From the NCBI GenBank assembly GCA_947463325.1, contig CANHQT010000010.1, positions 962 through 64,961 of the forward strand: a DNA stretch of 64,000 nucleotides, in the 5' to 3' direction. The notes beneath the pieces are model-generated. The model did no database searches and was not told the DNA's origin. It saw nothing but the letters and a program-made list of their open reading frames with translations. Positions within the stretch are counted from its first letter, which is position 1, and each line of letters opens with the position of its first letter. Both the position numbers and the translations under genes were made by a program. The stretch is from Sphingomonadaceae bacterium. GTDB taxonomy: Bacteria > Pseudomonadota > Alphaproteobacteria > Sphingomonadales > Sphingomonadaceae. Shown here in pieces: positions 55,123 through 64,000 of the stretch.

Positions 55123-56619
55123 ATGGCAGACGCGCGGCCTCTCGCGACGGTCGTGATCGTCGGCCGACCCAATGTCGGCAAATCGACATTGTTCAACCGG
55201 TTGATCGGCAAGAAGCTGGCACTGGTTGACGATCGCCCCGGTGTGACCCGCGACCGACGCGAGGGCGAGGGCAAGCTGCTCGACCTTTCTTTCCGCATCG
55301 TCGATACCGCCGGGTTCGAGGAGGATGATCCCGCCAGCCTGCCGGGCCGCATGCGCCTGCAGACCGAAGCGGCGGTGCGCGAAGCCGATGTCGCGCTGTT
55401 CCTGTTTGATGCGCGCGCCGGCCTCACCCCGGTTGATGAAGAAATCGCCCGCTGGCTGCGGGACAGCGCGACCCCGGTGATCGTCGTCGGCAACAAGGCG
55501 GAAGGCCGCGAGGGGCAACAAGGCGTCAACGAGGCCTATGGCCTCGGCCTTGGCGAACCTTTCGGCATCAGCGCCGAACATGGCGAAGGCATCGTCGACC
55601 TGTTCGATGCGCTGCTGCCCTATGTCGACCGGCCTGAAGACGGGACCGATGGAGATGACGGCCAGGAAGAGCTGGCCGCCGACGCGCCTTTGAAGCTCGC
55701 GATTGTCGGGCGGCCCAACGCTGGCAAGTCGACTCTGGTCAACCGCATTCTTGGTGAGGACCGGATGATCACCGGGCCGGAAGCCGGCATCACCCGCGAT
55801 TCCATCTCGATCGACTGGATGTGGCATGATGGCGAAGGGCGCGAACGCCCGGTGCGCCTCATCGATACCGCAGGGCTGCGCAAGAAGGCCAAGATCCAGG
55901 ACAAGCTCGAAAAACTGTCAGCCGCGGATACGCTCCACTCCGTCGCCTTTGCAGAGGTGGTCGTGCTGCTGCTCGATGCGACATTGGGACTGGAAGCGCA
56001 GGATGTGCGCATTGCCAGCCATGTGGTGGAGGAAGGCCGCGCCCTCATCATCGCCATCAACAAGTGGGATGTCGCGGAAGAAGGCAGCAGCCTGTTCCAG
56101 GGCATTCGCACGGCGCTCGACGAAGGACTGGCGCAGGTGAAGGGCTTGCCGCTGCTGACGGTCTCTGCAGCGACCGGCAAAGGGCTCGACGCACTGATCG
56201 CGGCGGCGTTCGAGCTGCGTGATCAATGGTCACGCCGCGTCCCTACGGGGGAACTTAACCGCTGGTTCGAACGTGCGGTGGAGGCCAACCCGCCGCCCGC
56301 GCCAAAGGGGCAGCGTATCAAGCTGCGCTACATCACGCAGGCGCGTCTGCGCCCGCCCAGCTTTGTCATCTTTGGCAGCCGCGTCGATCTCCTGCCCGAG
56401 AGCTACCGCCGCTATCTCGTCAACGGTATCCGGCGAGAGCTGGGCTTTGGCGGCGTGCCAGTGCGACTGACGATGCGGTCGTCGCGCAACCCCTTTGGCG
56501 ATGCCGCGCGCAAATCCGCCGCTGCTCCGACCCGGAGGCCGACTGCGGCGCGTGGCGGTGCGGGCAAGCCTCCGCCCCGGCGGGGGCCGCGAAGTGGCCC
56601 ACCCCGGAGCCGTCCGTAA
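55123..56619 (+). CDS. der: ribosome-biogenesis GTPase Der (EngA)
   Basis: Two G domains (GRPNVGKSTLFNRL and GRPNAGKSTLVNRI), a KH-like domain and a basic Arg/Pro-rich tail. Confidence 0.95.
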   Translation: MADARPLATVVIVGRPNVGKSTLFNRLIGKKLALVDDRPGVTRDRREGEGKLLDLSFRIVDTAGFEEDDPASLPGRMRLQTEAAVREADVALFLFDARAGLTPVDEEIARWLRDSATPVIVVGNKAEGREGQQGVNEAYGLGLGEPFGISAEHGEGIVDLFDALLPYVDRPEDGTDGDDGQEELAADAPLKLAIVGRPNAGKSTLVNRILGEDRMITGPEAGITRDSISIDWMWHDGEGRERPVRLIDTAGLRKKAKIQDKLEKLSAADTLHSVAFAEVVVLLLDATLGLEAQDVRIASHVVEEGRALIIAINKWDVAEEGSSLFQGIRTALDEGLAQVKGLPLLTVSAATGKGLDALIAAAFELRDQWSRRVPTGELNRWFERAVEANPPPAPKGQRIKLRYITQARLRPPSFVIFGSRVDLLPESYRRYLVNGIRRELGFGGVPVRLTMRSSRNPFGDAARKSAAAPTRRPTAARGGAGKPPPRRGPRSGPPRSRP

Positions 56620-56698
56620 CCTTGCATTTACCGCCTATGCACTAGGGTTTGCTTGCGCTGTCTGGACTGTCCGGTCGGCGCAGGAACCCGAAGGCCGG

Positions 56699-57109
56699 AT
56701 GATGCCAGACGAGACATTGCCCCTGATCGACTGGAACGGCTTTGCACGCACTCGCGCGCAGTTGGGCGGGTCGTTCATTCGCATCCTGGGTTATTTTGTC
56801 GAGGACGGGCTGAAATCGGTCTCTGCGATCGAGGATGCTATCCGGAGCGGGAATGCCGCTGCCATGATCCTGCCGGCGCATACGCTGAAGAGCGAGGCGC
56901 GCCAGTTCGGCGGCGAGCGGTTGGGCCAGCTCGCCGAAGACATTGAATTATACGCCCGGCAGTGCGTCGAAACGCACGAATCGCCAGAGGATTATGTCGA
57001 TCGCGTGGTCAAGTTGCGCCCGCTGTTCGCGGCCATGCTTGCGGAGATCGAGGCAGAATCCAATCCGCTCGTTCAGCGCAAGCAGGGCTTTGGCCGCCGT
57101 GTCGCCTGA
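56699..57109 (+). CDS. single-domain histidine phosphotransfer (Hpt) protein
   Basis: AHTLKSEARQFG matches the HxxKG Hpt signature, in a four-helix-sized 136-aa protein. ATG 56699 is preferred over the track start at 56495, which overlaps der. Confidence 0.75.
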   Translation: MMPDETLPLIDWNGFARTRAQLGGSFIRILGYFVEDGLKSVSAIEDAIRSGNAAAMILPAHTLKSEARQFGGERLGQLAEDIELYARQCVETHESPEDYVDRVVKLRPLFAAMLAEIEAESNPLVQRKQGFGRRVA

Positions 57110-57118
57110 ACCCCAGCG

Positions 57119-57610
57119 TTAGCCCACTTCGGGCTTGGCGTTGGGGTCGCTCTGCGACTGGATGTAATTCGCAATCCCCATCAGCTTGATCAGGTCGAAC
57201 TGGCGATCCAGCCAGTCGACATGTTCTTCCTCGCTTTCGAGGATGTCGGTGAACAGGCGGCGGCTGACAAAGTCCTGAACGCTCTCGCAATGTGCGATCG
57301 CTTCCTTGAGGAGGGGGATGGCGTCATGCTCGAGCGCGAGGTCAGCGGTGAGGATCTCTTCAACCGTCTCGCCGACGCGCAGCCGGCCCAGCATCTGGAA
57401 ATTGGGAAGGCCGCCGAGGAACAGCACGCGGTCGGCCAGCCGGTCGGCATGCTTCATCTCGTCAATGGATTCGTGCCGCTCATATTCAGCGAGTTTGGTG
57501 ACGCCCCAGTTGGCGAGCATGCGGTAATGCAGCCAATACTGGTTGATCGCGGTCAGCTCGTTCTTGAGCGCCTCGTTGAGATAGTCGATGACCTTCGCGT
57601 CGCCTTGCAT
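57119..57610 (-). CDS. bfr: bacterioferritin
   Basis: MQGDAKVIDYLNEALKNELTAINQYWLHYRM..., 163 aa. Confidence 0.95.
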   Translation of the reverse strand: MQGDAKVIDYLNEALKNELTAINQYWLHYRMLANWGVTKLAEYERHESIDEMKHADRLADRVLFLGGLPNFQMLGRLRVGETVEEILTADLALEHDAIPLLKEAIAHCESVQDFVSRRLFTDILESEEEHVDWLDRQFDLIKLMGIANYIQSQSDPNAKPEVG

Positions 57611-57641
57611 GATTTCTGTCCGTTGATGCGTTGAATGCCGC

Positions 57642-57670
57642 CAATATAGGCGCGCGGACGGGATCTACAA
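57642..57670 (-). promoter_or_regulatory. candidate sigma-70 promoter of bfr
   Basis: The minus strand reads TTGTAG-N17-TATATT, with the -10 element ending 31 nt upstream of ATG 57610. Confidence 0.4.
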
Positions 57671-57754
57671 GGCAAAAAAGCAAGGATTTCTGCGGGTTTC
57701 AGCGCTTCAACTGCATCGCGTTCGCAACTGCTGCGGTGCGATTGCCTCGCAGAG

Positions 57755-57925
57755 TCAGGCGACTGCGCGTTCCTGGTTGACGATGGTGCGCGCAGCAGGG
57801 ACGCAGGTACCGCACTTCGGCTTGGAGCCGAGTGCCTTATATGCCGTCATCGGACAGGTTGCCCCGCTGCGCACAGCGGCACGAACATCGGCTTCACGCA
57901 GGGCATTGCACACGCACAGGATCAT
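57755..57925 (-). CDS. bfd: bacterioferritin-associated ferredoxin (Bfd, [2Fe-2S]); below the ORF-track size cutoff
   Basis: My own translation gives MILCVCNALREADVRAAVRSGATCPMTAYKALGSKPKCGTCVPAARTIVNQERAVA. It has the four-Cys pattern CxC...CxxC and sits directly upstream of bfr. Confidence 0.8.
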   Translation of the reverse strand: MILCVCNALREADVRAAVRSGATCPMTAYKALGSKPKCGTCVPAARTIVNQERAVA

Positions 57926-57958
57926 CGCGGCACCTCTCGACTCGCTGTATAGCGAGAG

Positions 57959-57973
57959 TGAGAAGCGTTCGCA
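57959..57973. promoter_or_regulatory. Fur-box-like palindrome upstream of bfd
   Basis: TGAGAA-GCG-TTCGCA is a 6-3-6 repeat with 5 of 6 arms complementary, 34-48 nt upstream of the bfd ATG. Confidence 0.3.
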
Positions 57974-57997
57974 ATAGCAACTGTGTGGCTATTGCGA
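57969..57997 (-). terminator. perfect 10-bp stem-loop spanning the stop codon of the DUF418 gene (no U-tract)
   Basis: TCGCAATAGC (57969-57978) pairs with GCTATTGCGA (57988-57997), with a 9-nt loop. Confidence 0.4.
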
Positions 57998-59233
57998 TTT
58001 CCGCATCTGTTGCAGCTGCCCGCGGGACAGGCTGCGCCACAGCCACTCAAGCGGCCCGTAATGGAAGTTTTCCAGCCAGGGCTTGGACCACAGCAGCATG
58101 ATCGCCCAGGCGAACACGACGGGGATATACACTGCCGCGCGCGACCAGTGGCCATATTGGCCAAGGCCCCAGCCGTAGAAGATGAAGGTCATCAGGAGCG
58201 AGGTGCCGAGATAGTTGGTGAAGGCTGCACGCCCCGCCGCACCCACGCGCTGGATGAAATCCGATGCCGCGAAACGCTGCGCTAGCCCCATGAACAGGGC
58301 GGCGTAACCAACGCTCATCGTCACATCGAACGGCACTGAAAAGCCCAAGGTCGATCCCAGTACCAGCACAGGCTCCAGATCGGCGGACAATTGCCACCAC
58401 AGCAGCAACAGATTGCCGGTGATGCCGATGGCGAGGCAGATGTTGCGCCACTTGGCCAGCCGGTCGAGCGACCATTCGCCCCGCAGCAGGCCCGATTTGA
58501 ACAGCGCCATGCCGATCATCATCAGGCCCAGCGTGTCGGGGCCGTAGATGAATAGGCCGAAGAAGGGATAGGCGAGTTCTTCGGCCAGCTTGTGCTCAGC
58601 GATGTCGATGAAGCCGCTGCGATGGAGCGCGATGTCTTCATTCGACATGCTGCTGTTGGGCCCGAATTCGGCGGCAAAGCTTGCATAGCCTTCAGCGAGT
58701 TCCGGCGACGCTGAGGGGCTGGCGCCCATCATCAGCATAGCCATGCCGCCGCCCCAGACGATAGCGCTCAGTAAGTTCAGGGCGATTCCCCACCCCGCCA
58801 GCGCCTTCACGCCGACATTGCGGAAGGCATAGAGGATCATCCCCATCATCGCGTAGAGGAACAATATGTCGCCGTACCAGATGAGGTAGAAGTGGATGAG
58901 GCCGAACACGGCCAGCACGGCCATACGCGCATAATGTGCCCGCGCGGGATTGCGGGCAGCGGCAGCAGCCGACTGGATGACCAGCAGCGTCGATGCGCCG
59001 AACATGATCGAAAACAGCCCGCGCATTTTGGAATCGAACAGCACGAAACCAGTGGCCCAGGTCCACAGGTCTATGCCGCTATCGCCACCCCACACAATCG
59101 GGTTGATGTAGGCATTTTCGGGCATCGAAAAGGCGACGATGTTCATCGCAAGGATACCCATCACAGCAAAGCCGCGCGTCACATCAAGCCCGCTGATCCG
59201 ATCCTTGCTGCCTGTCATTGCTGTCATCATCAC
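57989..59233 (-). CDS. DUF418 (YeiB-like) membrane protein
   Basis: ...RISGLDVTRGFAVMGILAMN..., about 10 TM segments and a C-terminus ...GPLEWLWRSLS typical of DUF418. Confidence 0.8.
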   Translation of the reverse strand: MMMTAMTGSKDRISGLDVTRGFAVMGILAMNIVAFSMPENAYINPIVWGGDSGIDLWTWATGFVLFDSKMRGLFSIMFGASTLLVIQSAAAAARNPARAHYARMAVLAVFGLIHFYLIWYGDILFLYAMMGMILYAFRNVGVKALAGWGIALNLLSAIVWGGGMAMLMMGASPSASPELAEGYASFAAEFGPNSSMSNEDIALHRSGFIDIAEHKLAEELAYPFFGLFIYGPDTLGLMMIGMALFKSGLLRGEWSLDRLAKWRNICLAIGITGNLLLLWWQLSADLEPVLVLGSTLGFSVPFDVTMSVGYAALFMGLAQRFAASDFIQRVGAAGRAAFTNYLGTSLLMTFIFYGWGLGQYGHWSRAAVYIPVVFAWAIMLLWSKPWLENFHYGPLEWLWRSLSRGQLQQMRKSQ

Positions 59234-59292
59234 GCCCCCACTGTATCAGGGTGGTAATGCACCAGCTTGCGACGCTTGCCAACCCATGAAAG

Positions 59293-60216
59293 TCAGTCTG
59301 CCCGCTTCGGCCGCAGCGCCACAACAAGGCCAATGACGGCAAGGATCGATCCGGCAATCGACAGGCCCGACCAGACATAGCCTTCGATCAGCGTCGAAAA
59401 TCCCATGGCGATGACCGGAATCAGCACGCTCGACCAGGCGGCGGGCCCGGCGCCGGCATCGCGGATGATGCCGAAATAGAGCGGGAAGCAGACAACGCTG
59501 CCGGCAAGGCCGAGCCACAGCAGGCCGGCGATATAGCCCGGCCGCCAGTCGAACACCGGCGGACCCACTGTGGCCAGCGCAAAGGCAGTGTCAGCAATCG
59601 TCCCCCACAGCATCGCCCAAGCGATCAGCACGATGGCCGATTGCGCGCGCGCCAGCGGGCTTGCCTGCATGACGTTGGAAGCCGAGGCCGACAGCACGCC
59701 GGCCAATGTCAGCAGCGTGCCGATGATCACCGTGCCGATATCGGCTCGGATTGCGGCGGCCTCATGCGCGAGGAGGAGGCCAACGCCGATCACCGCTATG
59801 CCCCCGCCGGCGAGGAAACGGCGCTCGACCGGTGTTTTCAGGAAGATGCTGGATAGGAGTGTGTTCGGCACGATCAGCAGCGCAAAGATCACCGCCACCA
59901 CGCCCGATGTCAGGAAATGCTCGGCGCGGTAGACGAAGTTGAAATTGAGCGCGAACTGGAACAGACCGATGGTCATCGCCAGCGCCTGCACCCGTGCAGG
60001 CAGCCAGATCGTCTCACGCCGGATCGCGGCAAGCGCGAACATCGCCACCGCTGCGATGGCAAAGCGGTAGGCAACCGACCAGCTCTCTGGAACCGTGCCC
60101 AGCTGGTCGCGGATCACGATCCAGGTCGAACCCCAGATCAGCGTGATGATGATGAAGGGGATGAGGACGCGCGGGCTCAGCAGCGTCAGAGGGGGAGCGG
60201 AGACGGGTTGGGTCAC
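59293..60216 (-). CDS. DMT superfamily (EamA-like) transporter
   Basis: 307 aa with ten TM segments in two EamA-like halves. Confidence 0.85.
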   Translation of the reverse strand: MTQPVSAPPLTLLSPRVLIPFIIITLIWGSTWIVIRDQLGTVPESWSVAYRFAIAAVAMFALAAIRRETIWLPARVQALAMTIGLFQFALNFNFVYRAEHFLTSGVVAVIFALLIVPNTLLSSIFLKTPVERRFLAGGGIAVIGVGLLLAHEAAAIRADIGTVIIGTLLTLAGVLSASASNVMQASPLARAQSAIVLIAWAMLWGTIADTAFALATVGPPVFDWRPGYIAGLLWLGLAGSVVCFPLYFGIIRDAGAGPAAWSSVLIPVIAMGFSTLIEGYVWSGLSIAGSILAVIGLVVALRPKRAD

Positions 60217-61220
60217 AGGGCGCGAATAGCCTTTGCCAGCGGTGCAACGTCCGCCGAGCCATGGTGCCAGCTCGTCACCAGCCGTGCCGCACCCTCGCCC
60301 CAGTCATAGAAATCAAAGCCTGCGCCGCGCAGACGCGCTGCTTCGTCCGCTGACAGTCGCAAGAATATCTCGTTCGCTTCAACCGGATGGAGCAGTCGAG
60401 CGCCTGCTGCCTGCGCGATGGTCGCCGCCGCCGCATTGGCCGCGCGCGCATTCGCCAGCCACAGATCGCCCTCTATCATCGCCAACAGTTGCGCGGCGAG
60501 GAAACGCCCCTTGGACTGGAGGTGGCCAGAGCGTTTGCGCAGTTCGAGCAGGCCAGCGGGTGCATCGCCAAAGAAGACCAAAGCTTCGGCATTCATGCCG
60601 CCGTTCTTCACGCAGCCGAAGCTGAGCGCGCTCACGCCTGCCCGCCAAGTCACATCGGCAGGGTGGCACCCGGCAAAAGCGACGGCATTGGCAAAGCGCG
60701 CACCATCCATGTGGAGAGATAGCCCATGCGATCTCGCCGCCTCTCCCACCGCGCCGACCTCGCCCGGCGTCCAGGCAAGACCATATTCGGTCGCGTTGGT
60801 GATGCTGACCGCGGCGGGCTGCACTTGGTGAACATCCTTGCGGATGCCCGCCATGGCGCGGTCAATGGCGGCAGGTGTGATCTTTGCGCCATTACCGACA
60901 AGCAGGATCAGCTTTGCGCCGCCGGAAAACAGTGCCGGTGCGCCGCATTCATCGACCTCGATATGCGCCTCGCGGTGGCACAGCACCGCCTGCCAGGGCT
61001 TTACCATTGAGGCGAGCGCGAGGCTGTTCGCCGCCGTGCCGGTCGCCACCCACAATGCGGTGCAACGGGTTTCGAACAGATCGGCAAAGGCCGCGTCGAG
61101 CCGCTTTGACAGCGCGTCGCCGTCATAGGCCGCATCCGGCGCATTGGCAGCGGCAATCGCATCCAGCACCGCCGGATGAACGGGCGCGGCATTGTCTGAA
61201 AAGAAACGGGCGAGTGTCAT
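60213..61220 (-). CDS. ltaE: low-specificity L-threonine aldolase (PLP-dependent)
   Basis: FFSDNAAPVHPAVLDAI...AYDGDALSKRL...GTAANSLAL...KNGG... matches the beta-eliminating lyase/threonine aldolase pattern. Confidence 0.8.
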   Translation of the reverse strand: MTLARFFSDNAAPVHPAVLDAIAAANAPDAAYDGDALSKRLDAAFADLFETRCTALWVATGTAANSLALASMVKPWQAVLCHREAHIEVDECGAPALFSGGAKLILLVGNGAKITPAAIDRAMAGIRKDVHQVQPAAVSITNATEYGLAWTPGEVGAVGEAARSHGLSLHMDGARFANAVAFAGCHPADVTWRAGVSALSFGCVKNGGMNAEALVFFGDAPAGLLELRKRSGHLQSKGRFLAAQLLAMIEGDLWLANARAANAAAATIAQAAGARLLHPVEANEIFLRLSADEAARLRGAGFDFYDWGEGAARLVTSWHHGSADVAPLAKAIRAL

Positions 61221-61327
61221 CGCCGCGCCCTTTGCCTGTGCTGCAAGGCTATGTCGAGACGGTCCGGAGGACAGGGTGCAGGTGCCCCGCGGTTGACCCT
61301 CTCTGCTTTGCCGTTAAGCCGCAGACC

Positions 61328-62509
61328 ATGCGCAAGGACGACAGTTTTGATGCCATCGTCCTCGGTGCAGGTGCCGCGGGCCTGATGTGTGCGTTGACGG
61401 CGGGGCAGCGCGGGCGGCGTGTGCTGGTGATCGATCATAGCGACGAGCCGGGACGCAAGATCCTGATCTCCGGCGGCGGGCGCTGCAACTTCACCAACAT
61501 CCATACAGCGCCTGACCGGTTCCTGTCGGCCAACCCGCATTTCGCGAAATCAGCGCTGGGGCGGTACAGCCCGCAGGATTTCATCGCGCTGGTCGATGCG
61601 CATGGCATCGCCTGGCATGAAAAGACGCTGGGGCAATTATTCTGCGACGGTTCGGCCAAACAGATTGTGGCGATGCTGATGGCCGAATGCCGCAAGGGCG
61701 ATGTCCGCTTTGCCTTCGGCCAGCCGGTCGATGAGGTGACCCACGCCGACGGGCATTTCCGCGTGAGCGTGGGCGGCACCGCATATAGCGCGCCCGCGCT
61801 GGTCATCGCCACCGGCGGCCCGGCAATTCCGAAGATCGGTGCGACCGGTTTCGCCTATGACCTCGCCCGCCAATTCGGGCTGAAGGTGGTGCAACCGCGC
61901 CCCGCGCTGGTGCCCTTTACCCTGGGGCAGGATGAGGCGCTGTTCACCAGCCTGTCGGGCGTCGCGACGGAGGTGGAGACCACCATCGGCAAGACCTGTT
62001 TCCGCGAAGCCGCGCTGTTCACCCACAAGGGGCTGTCCGGCCCGGCGATGCTCCAGATCAGCAGCTACTGGAGCCATGGTGGTGCGATCGCGGTCGATTT
62101 CCTCCCCGATGAGCAGGCCGACTGGCTGGTCGAGGCCAAGCGGCGCGAACCCCGCGCCAGCGTGAAGGCGCTGCTCGGCCGCACCCTCCCCGCGCGCCTT
62201 GCCGATGTGCTGGCGGACCGGCTGGCCATTCCCGGCGACATCGGCAACCTCACTGACGCGCGGCTGAGAGAGGCCGGCCGGCAGATCGCCGCCTGGCCAT
62301 TCCACCCCGATGGCACGGAGGGGTTCGCCAAGGCGGAAGTGACCGCAGGCGGCATCGCGACCGCGGGCCTCTCCTCCCAGACCATGGCCGCGCGCCACCT
62401 GCCGGGCCTGTTTGCCATTGGCGAGGCGGTGGACGTCACCGGCTGGCTCGGCGGCTATAATTTCCAATGGGCCTGGGCGAGCGGGGCCGCGGCGGGCCAG
62501 GCGGTCTAG
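61328..62509 (+). CDS. BaiN/YhiN-family FAD-dependent oxidoreductase
   Basis: FDAIVLGAGAAGLMCA...KILISGGGRCNFTN... is the hallmark of this family. ATG 61328 is preferred over the track start at 60884. Confidence 0.85.
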   Translation: MRKDDSFDAIVLGAGAAGLMCALTAGQRGRRVLVIDHSDEPGRKILISGGGRCNFTNIHTAPDRFLSANPHFAKSALGRYSPQDFIALVDAHGIAWHEKTLGQLFCDGSAKQIVAMLMAECRKGDVRFAFGQPVDEVTHADGHFRVSVGGTAYSAPALVIATGGPAIPKIGATGFAYDLARQFGLKVVQPRPALVPFTLGQDEALFTSLSGVATEVETTIGKTCFREAALFTHKGLSGPAMLQISSYWSHGGAIAVDFLPDEQADWLVEAKRREPRASVKALLGRTLPARLADVLADRLAIPGDIGNLTDARLREAGRQIAAWPFHPDGTEGFAKAEVTAGGIATAGLSSQTMAARHLPGLFAIGEAVDVTGWLGGYNFQWAWASGAAAGQAV

Positions 62510-62697
62510 CCGCCAGCCCTTTCCCTCAAACCCGCAGAAATACGTGCAAGTTCACAGTGGATTCGCGTTTTTTCCGATGGCCCCTCCCCCCGCGAAAATT
62601 GATCGCCAGCGCGACGCCGGATGATCGCACGGTGGGGGGTGTGTAGGACAGGGGGCGAGCGGGTGGATGCCGTCCAGCGGCGTCCCGCGCTTCCCCC

Positions 62698-63921
62698 TTA
62701 GCGGTCCCGCTTGGCCAGCAGTTTCAGGCGCAGCGCGTTGAGTTTGATGAAGCCGGCGGCGTCCTTTTGGTCATAGGCGCCGGCGTCATCCTCGAACGTC
62801 ACATGGCGTTCGCTGTAGAGGCTGTTGGGCGATTTGCGGCCGACCACGCTGGCGAGGCCCTTGTAGAGTTTCAGCCGGACGGTGCCGCTGACCTTTTCCT
62901 GGCTGTGGTCGATGGCGGCTTGCAGCATCTCGCGCTCCGGTGCGAACCAGAAGCCGTTGTAGATGAGCTCCGCATATTTCGGCATCAGCTCGTCCTTGAG
63001 GTGCGCTGCGCCGCGATCGAGCGTGATCGATTCAATGCCGCGGTGCGCGCGGGCGTAAATCTCTCCGCCCGGCGTTTCATACATGCCGCGCGATTTCATG
63101 CCGACGAAGCGGTTCTCGACCAGATCGAGCCGGCCGATGCCATGCTTGCGGCCGAGATCATTGAGCGCGGCGAGCAGAGTCGCGGGGCTCATCGCCTGAC
63201 CGTTGAGGGCAACACCATCACCGCGTTCGAAATCGATGGTGATATATTCCGGCGTGTCCGGCGCGTCCTCCGGGTTCACCGTGCGCGAATAGACATAGTC
63301 CGGGGTCTCATCCCACGGGTTTTCCAGAACCTTGCCCTCGGATGAAGTGTGGAGGAGGTTGGCGTCGGTGGAGAAGGGGCTTTCGCCGCGCTTGTCCTTT
63401 GGCACCGGGATCTGGTGGGCTTCGGCCCAGGCGATCAGCGCGGTGCGGCTGGTCAGATCCCATTCGCGCCATGGGGCGATGACCTTGATGTCGGGATTGA
63501 GCGCATAGGCGCTGAGTTCGAAGCGGACCTGGTCATTGCCCTTGCCGGTCGCGCCATGCGCCACGGCATCGGCGCCGGTTTCATGCGCGATTTCGACGAG
63601 GCGCTTGGAAATGAGCGGGCGGGCGATGCTGGTACCCAGCAGATAATCGCCCTCATAGCGGGCGTTGGCGCGCATCATCGGGAAGACGAAATCGCGGACG
63701 AATTCCTCCTTGAGGTCGTCGATGTAGATATGCTCGGGCTTGACGCCCATCATCACGGCCTTGGCGCGTGCAGGCTCCAGCTCCTCGCCCTGGCCGAGGT
63801 CTGCGGTGAAGGTGACGACCTCACAATTGTAGGTGACCTGCAGCCATTTCAGGATCACGCTGGTATCGAGCCCACCCGAATAGGCCAGCACCACCCGTTT
63901 CACGCCGTCAGCCATTTGCAT
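62698..63921 (-). CDS. argG: argininosuccinate synthase
   Basis: ...[19 protein letters not shown]...[15 protein letters not shown]..., 407 aa. Confidence 0.97.
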   Translation of the reverse strand: MQMADGVKRVVLAYSGGLDTSVILKWLQVTYNCEVVTFTADLGQGEELEPARAKAVMMGVKPEHIYIDDLKEEFVRDFVFPMMRANARYEGDYLLGTSIARPLISKRLVEIAHETGADAVAHGATGKGNDQVRFELSAYALNPDIKVIAPWREWDLTSRTALIAWAEAHQIPVPKDKRGESPFSTDANLLHTSSEGKVLENPWDETPDYVYSRTVNPEDAPDTPEYITIDFERGDGVALNGQAMSPATLLAALNDLGRKHGIGRLDLVENRFVGMKSRGMYETPGGEIYARAHRGIESITLDRGAAHLKDELMPKYAELIYNGFWFAPEREMLQAAIDHSQEKVSGTVRLKLYKGLASVVGRKSPNSLYSERHVTFEDDAGAYDQKDAAGFIKLNALRLKLLAKRDR

Positions 63922-64000
63922 CTATCCTTCGCGCGCTGCCCGCCTGCCGGGCGCGGGGTCGCCCCTATGGGAGGGCGCGGGTCCATGCAAGCGGCAGGAA

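Noticed and set aside
57686-57699. The 14-mer ATTTCTGCGGGTTT upstream of bfr recurs as its reverse complement at 62528-62541, in both cases near a T6 run. It could be a shared regulatory motif or a small repeat.
   Set aside because: A single 14-nt match between two sites in 64 kb, counting both strands, is within chance expectation. The flanking similarity is weak, and no common gene context links the two loci.
61221-61327. A possible glycine riboswitch upstream of the threonine aldolase gene.
   Set aside because: The conserved GGAGAG...CACCG...CTCTGGAGAG aptamer elements are absent on both strands.
1-64000. A search for CRISPR arrays, rRNA, IS elements or transposases, integrases, prophage genes, and toxin-antitoxin or known defence systems.
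   Set aside because: None was found by eye. The only repeats are the short coding or tandem repeats and the single palindromic element reported above.

Overview
This is a high-GC (roughly 65-70% by hand count of sample lines) chromosomal segment. Gene content and order suggest an alphaproteobacterium, probably Sphingomonadales-like, but no database search was possible. All protein calls come from reading the supplied translations by eye.

Most of the window is housekeeping:
- purS-purQ
- proA-nadD-rsfS-rlmH-envC-ctpA
- coq7 and pmbA
- a stand-alone rpsM-rpsK-rpoA-rplQ operon
- guaA and panB
- yfgM-like/bamB/der
- bfd-bfr
- argG

The accessory part is a complete 13-gene type II secretion operon, gspCDEFGHIJKLMNO (minus strand, 5509-17460). 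It is followed by a TonB-dependent receptor, a 514-aa lipoprotein of unknown function, a small TPR-like exported protein, a Tat-signal PhoD alkaline phosphatase and a DUF3667 membrane protein (17606-25436).

The main finding is that co-oriented Pho-box-like direct repeats sit in front of several of these units:
- a striking array of eight repeats phased at exactly 11 bp upstream of the lipoprotein/TonB-receptor operon
- single boxes upstream of gspC and the TPR gene
- one upstream of a distant glpQ

This suggests a phosphate-starvation-controlled secretion and scavenging island whose central lipoprotein has no assignable function.

Other notable points:
- a low-GC islet next to guaA carrying an orphan OmpR-like regulator with a degenerate receiver domain
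- an AAC(3)-I-like acetyltransferase
- three oddities in the T2SS operon: the gspO N-terminus is out of frame with its only ATG, gspJ has a 33-bp in-frame tandem duplication over its prepilin cleavage site, and a palindromic repeat element lies between gspJ and gspK
- small ORFs absent from the ORF track: bfd, a 29-aa membrane peptide upstream of an XRE regulator, and a 49-aa hydrophobic protein

No CRISPR array, rRNA, transposase or integrase was seen. Many long ORFs in the track are antisense shadows typical of high-GC DNA and were rejected.
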